Positions 37,010 through 43,181 of a stretch of 43,181 nucleotides of DNA are shown here, piece by piece; the stretch's first letter is position 1, and the number at the start of each line of letters is the position of its first letter. Source of the DNA: Simkaniaceae bacterium. GTDB lineage: Bacteria; Chlamydiota; Chlamydiia; Chlamydiales; JAJFMI01. Location of the stretch: contig JBBDIZ010000009.1 in the NCBI GenBank assembly GCA_040880145.1, positions 1 through 43,181 on the forward strand. The letters are read 5' to 3'. Below the pieces are notes generated by a model. The model was not told the DNA's origin, did no database searches, and saw nothing but the letters and a program-made list of their open reading frames with translations. Made by a program: the position numbers and the translations under genes.

Positions 37010-37615
37010 ATGAATACTCTAAGATACGATGTCATCGAACAAGGTAAAAGTTTCTTGGGCCCTTACATTGTTTTAAATACTACACCCTTTCAGCCCAGCA
37101 CTGAAGATGTCCCTCCGGATCGAGGGCAAATCATTCTCAACGAGAAAAAATACAATGTTACAACCGTGATTCAAGAAAATTCAGGAAGAATTTATCACTT
37201 CTTAGAAACAAAAAACCCTCTCCCATCAGAAATCCTGGATGTCCATGTGAAAATAGACTTTGAATTCGCATTTAGAAAAGCCAAGTATCATACATTTGCT
37301 CTACTCCTTACCCATTTTGTGTGCGAAGAATATGGAATAATGGATGTAAAAATTGAAAACCACAACGCTCATATGATTTATTTTCCCTCTATTTCGATTC
37401 CACTAAAAAAACTTGAGAATTTTTTAAATAACAAAATGCAAGAGCTTGCAAAACAAAATTTATCGATTCAAGCAGAGGAAGGCTTCATTCACATAAAGGA
37501 TATTACGATTTTTAAAAACGGCCCTGCTGTAAACAATACAGGGCACTTTAGTGATATTCTCATCACATCGATCCAGTCAATTAACGGAGAAACCCGAATT
37601 TTTTTTGCGTTTTAG
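37010..37615 (+). CDS. Degenerate AlaX-like (alanyl-tRNA editing domain) protein
   Basis: VLNTTPFQP....PPDRGQI resembles LDxTPFYPxGGGQPxDxG. KYHTFALLL sits at the HxxxH position and KNGPAVNNTG at the CGGTHV position. Confidence 0.55.
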   Translation: MNTLRYDVIEQGKSFLGPYIVLNTTPFQPSTEDVPPDRGQIILNEKKYNVTTVIQENSGRIYHFLETKNPLPSEILDVHVKIDFEFAFRKAKYHTFALLLTHFVCEEYGIMDVKIENHNAHMIYFPSISIPLKKLENFLNNKMQELAKQNLSIQAEEGFIHIKDITIFKNGPAVNNTGHFSDILITSIQSINGETRIFFAF

Positions 37616-37642
37616 ATTTTTTTTTAGATGACAAAATCCATT

Positions 37643-38962
37643 TCATGGTAAATACGCTCTTTGAAATTCGATAAAAGATTTTTTAACAATTTCTGTCATC
37701 GGAATTTTAGACGGGCAAATAAATTCAGGCAAGGAAAAGTCCTCAACCCCCACCTCTAAAAAGCCAAGCTCAATAGCCCGCTCATAATCTTCAGCCATTA
37801 AGGCTTTCATTAAGGCCACAAGGGGAATTTTCATCGAAAAGGCTTTATCATAAATGGCCGGATCGATAAAGGCTCTTTCCTCACCATGTTGATTCGTGGT
37901 GAATGAAAATAGCTTCTTGTGAAGCAAGTGCGAAAGATAAGTTGCCGTTGCCGTAAACTTTTGACTTCCAAAACGAAAAAAATGAAGAGGCTCCCGATTG
38001 TTTTTTTCTGGAATTAAAGAAAAGCAACGCGCAAAAATCCCTAAGCAACCCCCAGCATCAATCTTCTGCCCCGTTAAAGGATTTCCGGAGATCACCCGTA
38101 TCCCATCTGAAATAGGATCGATTAAATCTGAAATAGGCTGCCCGGCGAAGCCTTTATAAACCCCTCGTTTCTCTTCCAACACCCCCTCCCCGGCCAAACT
38201 TAAAAATCGACTGGTCTTAAGCCTTCCTTTTTTCAAAAGCATGCCAAGAGAAAGAACGGTTAGAGGCGAAAGAGCCCAAACAGTCGTGTCAAAATCAAAT
38301 ATCGGGTCAATATGATAGATGTGAAGCGAGACGCTTTCAATCGGATGCGGTCCCTCTATAGTATGAAGCGAGACCTCCTTAGCCTCTTTTAAAGCATTAG
38401 ACTCTGTCCCCTTTTTCATAACCAAATGGACCGGTGCAATTTGCGACAAAGCCCTGAGTCCTTCTTGAAAAAGCTCAGGATCACAATCGATTTCCATCTC
38501 AAATGGAGGATCAAAAGGAGCTGAGGCCACCGCATTGACAAAAATCGAACGCGGCTTTTTTTTCGGATTAGCCAATCGAAAACCTGGACGCGCAAAAATT
38601 TCTGTCATCAATCCCGACTCCATTAGAAGCGAAATCAACTCTTTTTGATTAAATTCTTTTCTCTCTTGGTTTTTTGCCGTTTCAATTTCAACCAGTAAAA
38701 GACGCCTTTTCAACCCTCGATGAACTTGAATCACTTTGCCGGCTGCCGGGGAAACAAAAAAACGCCCGGGGCATTCTTTATCTTCAGCAATCGGATCTCC
38801 CGCTTTTACAAAATCTCCCACTTTTACTTTTAATGCCAATTTTGACATAATAAAGGGGCTTAAATCACATCCAATGCGACTCGGAAACGAAAGTTCGCCT
38901 TGAAAAATTGAGGATGCCCCAATGATAGGAATATCGAATCCCTTTTTTATTTTGATCTCCAT
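37643..38962 (-). CDS. nqrA: Na(+)-translocating NADH:quinone reductase subunit A
   Basis: Motifs IKIKKGFDIPI, VSPAAG, RGLKRRL, GPHP, FTTNQHGEERAFI and FICPSK. Confidence 0.93.
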   Translation of the reverse strand: MEIKIKKGFDIPIIGASSIFQGELSFPSRIGCDLSPFIMSKLALKVKVGDFVKAGDPIAEDKECPGRFFVSPAAGKVIQVHRGLKRRLLLVEIETAKNQERKEFNQKELISLLMESGLMTEIFARPGFRLANPKKKPRSIFVNAVASAPFDPPFEMEIDCDPELFQEGLRALSQIAPVHLVMKKGTESNALKEAKEVSLHTIEGPHPIESVSLHIYHIDPIFDFDTTVWALSPLTVLSLGMLLKKGRLKTSRFLSLAGEGVLEEKRGVYKGFAGQPISDLIDPISDGIRVISGNPLTGQKIDAGGCLGIFARCFSLIPEKNNREPLHFFRFGSQKFTATATYLSHLLHKKLFSFTTNQHGEERAFIDPAIYDKAFSMKIPLVALMKALMAEDYERAIELGFLEVGVEDFSLPEFICPSKIPMTEIVKKSFIEFQRAYLP

Positions 38963-39021
38963 CTTAATCCTTGAATTGCAGTTAAATGATGAAGTTTTTA
39001 TAATCTCTTCCGATACCAGGA

Positions 39022-41196
39022 GTGGAAAAAGCCTTAATGGACTATTTTAAACAATTTAAGACGTACATTTCAAATAATAATTACCCCGCCTACCTTAGTC
39101 TTTGGGAAGAGTATTGCGCTTCCGACGAGATCGACGGAGAGGAACTAAAATTTATTTTAGAATCTGTCAAAGAAACCCCTATGAAGGATTCCTTTGGCCG
39201 CTATGTAGAACATATCCTTCCTTTATGGGAGACAATTGAAGATGAAACACTCGCTCACCAAGTCCTTTGTCTTATCTTTGATCTACAAAATACCAACACA
39301 AAAGAGCTTGCCGATTTTGCTCTTGATTATCTCAAAAAACACTTTGAAAATGAACCCCTTTTTTTAAAAAAGCTTCGACTTGTGGGTTTGCGTGATGGAG
39401 TCAATTTCCAAGGCGCTATTAGCAATTTCACACTTTTAAATCACATGAAAAAGCATAACTTTGTCTTCCATACCGGAGGATGGGGTGTGGGTGAAATCAT
39501 GGATATCTCCCTTCTTAGAGAACAACTCTCTTTGGAATTTGACTACGTTTCCGGACAAAAAGATTTTAGTTTTGAAAATGCATTTAATACTTTGATTCCC
39601 ATTCCAAATGATCATTTTCTAGCGATGCGCTTTGGCAACCCTGATAAACTCGAATCTATAGCGAAAAAAGACCCCCTTTTTGTGATTCATAAACTTTTAA
39701 AAGATTTAGGTCCTAAAACAGCTGCAGAAATCAAAGATGAACTTTCTGAGCTCGTGCTCCAACCAAAAGAGTGGACAAGGTGGTGGCAGACAACTCGAAC
39801 AAAGCTTAAAAAAGATACCCTTATTGAAGTACCGGACTCTCTTCAAGAGCCTTTTGTTCTCCGAAAATCTGAGGTGCCTCATGAAGAAACGCTTCAAAAA
39901 GCACTGGATAAGAAACCTGATGCCCAAACATTGATTCAATTAGTCTACTCCTTTATAAGAGATTTCCCACAGGCGTTGAAAAACCAAGAGTTTAAAAAAC
40001 ATTTAGAGGAAAGTCTAAGAGATGTTCTAAATACAAAAGAATTAAATGATACTCAAGAGCTTCAAATTCTTTTTTTCTTAGAAGATTTGTCAGATGATGC
40101 CTATCCTCCTGTTAGTGAAATGATCCAAAACCTCAGCTCAATTATCGACCTTGTTTTAAACATTGAAATTGTCGCATTTAAAAAAAGAACCCTGACAAAT
40201 ATCCGAAAGTGCCGAAGCGATTGGGTCGATATTTTTGCAGAACTGCTGCTTTCTATCGATCAAAATCCTCTACGGGATTACATTTTTCAAGAGTTGATGA
40301 CCGCATCAGCTTTAGAGCCTTTTAAAGCAAAAATGGAAATTCTAATCAAACATCCCCAAGAACACCCGGGTGCTATTCTTTGGTATATCCAAAAAGTGAT
40401 GCGTAATCATGGTCTACCCTACGGTGACCAGGAAGGAAAAAATCGATTATTTGAGGCTTTTTTAATTCTCTACCACAAGTTGGAGCAGAGGAAAGAAACG
40501 CGCGATATACTGAAAAAAATGTATACATTTCTGACAACAGCCCGCTTTGCCAATGTTCGTAAAATCTTTCAAAATGCAAGTCAAGAAGACCTTCAAGAAT
40601 TTCTCCTTTTGGCGACAAAATGCCACACAGTCAGCGATCACGACAAGAAAATTCTTCACTCGCTCGCAGAAGTGGTTCACCCCTCCCTTGCAAAACTCTC
40701 TAAAAAGTATGGGGGAGACCGTAATGAAGACGTGGTTATTTGGACAACAGAAGAAGGTTTTAATAAACTCAAAAACAACATTCACCATATAGCCACTGTT
40801 GAAACCGTTGAAAATGCGAAGCAGATTGAAATTGCCAGATCCTATGGTGATTTAAGAGAAAATGCCGAATATAAAGCAGCAAAAGAGCAGCGCTCCCGCC
40901 TTCAATCGGAATTAAAGCGTCTTTCTACTCAGCTCAATCAAACTCGAATTTTGACAAAAGAGGATGTGGCCAAGGATGAAATCAGCGTCGGAGCGATTGT
41001 CCACTTTGAAAACGAAAGAGGCGAAAAAGTTACCTATACGATATTAGGCCCCTATGATGCTGATCCGGAACAAAATATCATCTCTTTTCAATCAAAACTT
41101 GCAGAGGAATTGATCGGTAAAAGATGTGAAGATTCCGCTATAATAAAAAATGAACCCTTCACGGTCAAAGCCATTGAGAATTATTTTGAAAAATAA
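39022..41196 (+). CDS. greA: Transcription elongation factor GreA with long N-terminal extension (chlamydial type)
   Basis: C-terminal ARSYGDLRENAEYKAAKE and YTILGPYDAD..IISFQS after an N-terminal region of about 570 aa. Confidence 0.93.
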   Translation: MEKALMDYFKQFKTYISNNNYPAYLSLWEEYCASDEIDGEELKFILESVKETPMKDSFGRYVEHILPLWETIEDETLAHQVLCLIFDLQNTNTKELADFALDYLKKHFENEPLFLKKLRLVGLRDGVNFQGAISNFTLLNHMKKHNFVFHTGGWGVGEIMDISLLREQLSLEFDYVSGQKDFSFENAFNTLIPIPNDHFLAMRFGNPDKLESIAKKDPLFVIHKLLKDLGPKTAAEIKDELSELVLQPKEWTRWWQTTRTKLKKDTLIEVPDSLQEPFVLRKSEVPHEETLQKALDKKPDAQTLIQLVYSFIRDFPQALKNQEFKKHLEESLRDVLNTKELNDTQELQILFFLEDLSDDAYPPVSEMIQNLSSIIDLVLNIEIVAFKKRTLTNIRKCRSDWVDIFAELLLSIDQNPLRDYIFQELMTASALEPFKAKMEILIKHPQEHPGAILWYIQKVMRNHGLPYGDQEGKNRLFEAFLILYHKLEQRKETRDILKKMYTFLTTARFANVRKIFQNASQEDLQEFLLLATKCHTVSDHDKKILHSLAEVVHPSLAKLSKKYGGDRNEDVVIWTTEEGFNKLKNNIHHIATVETVENAKQIEIARSYGDLRENAEYKAAKEQRSRLQSELKRLSTQLNQTRILTKEDVAKDEISVGAIVHFENERGEKVTYTILGPYDADPEQNIISFQSKLAEELIGKRCEDSAIIKNEPFTVKAIENYFEK

Positions 41197-41238
41197 ATGA
41201 TTCTTGAATTTTTTTCGGTATAAGCGTAAATTTGGCCT

Positions 41239-41832
41239 ATGAAACTTGTACTTGCAACAACGAACCTCCATAAGATTCATGAAATCAAAGCAATGCTTAA
41301 GGAATATAAGCAGTTTGATATCTATACTTTGAGAGATTTCCCTCACTATACGCCTCCAGAGGAGACGGGTTTGACATTTGAAGAAAATGCTATTTTAAAA
41401 GCAAGCCACGCTTCTAAAGCCCTTGATACTCTTTGCCTTGCTGATGACTCGGGACTTTCCATACCCGCGCTAAATGGGGAACCCGGTGTAAAAAGCAAGC
41501 GCTACGCTGGAGAAAGCGCCAAGAATTCAGAGAATTTAAAAAAACTAGTTGAAAAACTCTCCTGCCTCCCGGAAAAGAAACGATTTGGATATTTTGAATG
41601 CTCGATTGCCCTTGCGAATAATGGGGAGCTTGTCAAGTCTGTAAAAGGCCAATGCGAGGGGAAATTGATTACTATCCCGAGAGGAAAAAATGGCTTTGGT
41701 TATGATTCACTCTTTATCAAATATGATTACAATAAAACATTAGCTGAGCTTGAAACCGATATTAAAAACCGCATCTCCCATCGGCGAAAAGCTTTAGATA
41801 AAATACTTCTTGCGCTCGAGTGCCTTATTTAA
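41239..41832 (+). CDS. rdgB: Non-canonical purine NTP pyrophosphatase (HAM1)
   Basis: Motifs ATTNLHK, TFEENAILKA, ADDSGL, GFGYD and ISHRRKA. Confidence 0.95.
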   Translation: MKLVLATTNLHKIHEIKAMLKEYKQFDIYTLRDFPHYTPPEETGLTFEENAILKASHASKALDTLCLADDSGLSIPALNGEPGVKSKRYAGESAKNSENLKKLVEKLSCLPEKKRFGYFECSIALANNGELVKSVKGQCEGKLITIPRGKNGFGYDSLFIKYDYNKTLAELETDIKNRISHRRKALDKILLALECLI

Positions 41833-42299
41833 TCGATGGATACAACCTCCTTTTTCAGCTTACCCCTGATATCAATCCGATCGCGCTAAAACGAGAGCAA
41901 ATTATTGAAGAATTGAGTGAACTTGTTGAATTGCTCAAATTAAAAGCCATTATTGTCTTTGACTCAGGTCATTATCAAACACAAGACTTTCCTTCTAGAT
42001 TTAAAATAGGGAAATTAGAGGTAATATTTTCTCCCCAAAACCAGTCGGCAGACGATTATATCATCGAATATCTTAAATCCTGTAAAAAACCGAAAACACA
42101 CACGCTTGTCAGCAATGATAATTACCTCAAACGTTTCGCAAATGAAAACGCCATCCCCTCTCTTACCATTCCCTCTTTTGTGAGAAAAATCCTGCTTAAG
42201 AAAAAGAGAGTAGAAAAAAAAGAGAAAAAAGTCCTTTTAGACAATGACAAACTGGAACAAATTTTTGAAAAAAGGCTCAAAGAAATCGACGACAAGTAA
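41820..42299 (+). CDS. NYN-domain (YacP-like) ribonuclease
   Basis: Motifs YLIDGYN, IVFD, SADDYI and VSND. Confidence 0.85.
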   Translation: MPYLIDGYNLLFQLTPDINPIALKREQIIEELSELVELLKLKAIIVFDSGHYQTQDFPSRFKIGKLEVIFSPQNQSADDYIIEYLKSCKKPKTHTLVSNDNYLKRFANENAIPSLTIPSFVRKILLKKKRVEKKEKKVLLDNDKLEQIFEKRLKEIDDK

Positions 42300-42903
42300 A
42301 TGCGATTTCCTTTTGATTTAGAAGCCCCAGACGCTTTTCTATCCCCATCATTTTGACCCCGCCCCATTCAAAGTTGCTCTCAATGGTATTTTTTTTATCA
42401 TAAACAATGATGAGATGCCCTTTATGGACAATTAAGTCTAAAGGCTTCAGATTTCTATGGCTAACTTCAAAGCCATATTCAAAAAACCAGGAACTATTTC
42501 TCGGCGTCAATCCATTTGTCACCTCGTAGAGAAGCCCCGTACAATCAACTCCTGAAAAGTGCTTTTCAAAATGATCCGGGAAACCGCGGTGCCAATTCCC
42601 TCCCCAGACATAAGGGACATCAAGAAGTCCATGAAGGCGCTTTTGAATCTTTGAGATCGAAGGCATCTTGCGCTCGATTTTACAAGAGGAGCCCACCATA
42701 TTTTTTAAGGCAAAAAGAGGATAATCGACTGGATATTCAGAAGAAAAGAGCTCGATAAAATTCTCGTCTTCCTCGATCACTTGAAAAGGGAAGCCCAAAA
42801 GAGCGACCATTTCTAGAGCGCGCGTCAGAGCGCTTGTATCTTTCATCGATAGATTTTGCTTTCGGTTAAAAACAGGAAAAGGCTGAGCTGAAAAATATTT
42901 CAT
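42277..42903 (-). CDS. NlpC/P60 family cysteine peptidase
   Basis: Motifs PYVWGG, GVDCTGL, TPRNS and GH. Likely start is ATG 42903. Confidence 0.85.
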   Translation of the reverse strand: MKYFSAQPFPVFNRKQNLSMKDTSALTRALEMVALLGFPFQVIEEDENFIELFSSEYPVDYPLFALKNMVGSSCKIERKMPSISKIQKRLHGLLDVPYVWGGNWHRGFPDHFEKHFSGVDCTGLLYEVTNGLTPRNSSWFFEYGFEVSHRNLKPLDLIVHKGHLIIVYDKKNTIESNFEWGGVKMMGIEKRLGLLNQKEIAFTCRRFL

Positions 42904-42971
42904 AGAAATGACGAGGTTTCCTTCCAATCATTCATGGCTCGGAGGAAGCCTTGCTCCTCTTTGTATTGCTT

Positions 42972-43010
42972 TATACCGAAACGACTTCAAGAATCGGTAT
43001 ATAGTCGATT
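42972..43010. repeat. Collapsed copy of the palindromic element fused to a TATAGTCGATT terminus
   Basis: 42972-42998 is identical to 9473-9499 (27 nt), followed by tatagtcgatt. Confidence 0.85.
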
Positions 43011-43181
43011 GACAACTTGAAGGGTGAATCGTAAACTGATTCATCAACTTAAGCCGGAATTGCGGGGTTCTATTGTGCAAAAACTGAAGCTTTTCACTCA
43101 CTGTACCATCCTAGCCACCACGCCAACCCTACTTGCCTATCCTCAACATAATCTACCACAGGTCACATTTCAAGCGGTGAA

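Noticed and set aside
34273..41196. Double-length ThyX, stand-alone nqrA and 724-aa GreA as novelties
   Set aside because: All are known characteristics of chlamydial genomes.
586..42758. Numerous 60-160 aa alternative-frame and antisense ORFs in the ORF track (e.g. 626..967, 2597..3079, 12282..12626, 16296..16781, 26402..26761)
   Set aside because: They lie within well-supported genes, have no recognisable motifs and are expected shadow ORFs.
43011..43181. Coding or RNA feature at the right edge
   Set aside because: The minus-strand frames checked are interrupted by stops and no motif could be supported. The adjacent sequence is needed.

Overview
This AT-rich bacterial chromosome segment is almost certainly from an environmental (non-Chlamydiaceae) member of Chlamydiota. 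The evidence is a TopA-SWIB fusion, a 724-aa GreA, a double-length ThyX, an isolated nqrA, tandem TyrP-type permeases and uvrD-rpoN adjacency. A housekeeping backbone (namZ, putA, uvrD, rpoN, topA, uvrB, tyrP x2, thyX, hemB, nqrA, greA, rdgB, NYN nuclease, NlpC/P60) is interrupted by about 15 glycan-modifying genes, nearly all with N-terminal signal or anchor segments. These are four sulfotransferase-like genes, GT47-, GT6-, GT32- and GT2-like transferases and an FkbM methyltransferase. The most striking structure is 5.2-13.4 kb, where a sulfotransferase/putative-GT/FkbM cassette occurs in three copies of alternating orientation. All three sulfotransferases are intact, but the downstream genes survive in only one copy. 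The three sulfotransferases are reciprocal mosaics whose switch point coincides with a perfect 24-bp inverted repeat (5785-5808/8528-8551). A second perfect 157-bp inverted repeat (8841-8997/10983-11139) flanks a GT47-like gene and spacers packed with palindromic elements and IS200/IS605-like ends. This looks like a locus shuffled by inversion, with no recombinase gene in the window. No rRNA, tRNA or CRISPR array was seen. All family calls come from motif recognition by eye; no database searches were run.
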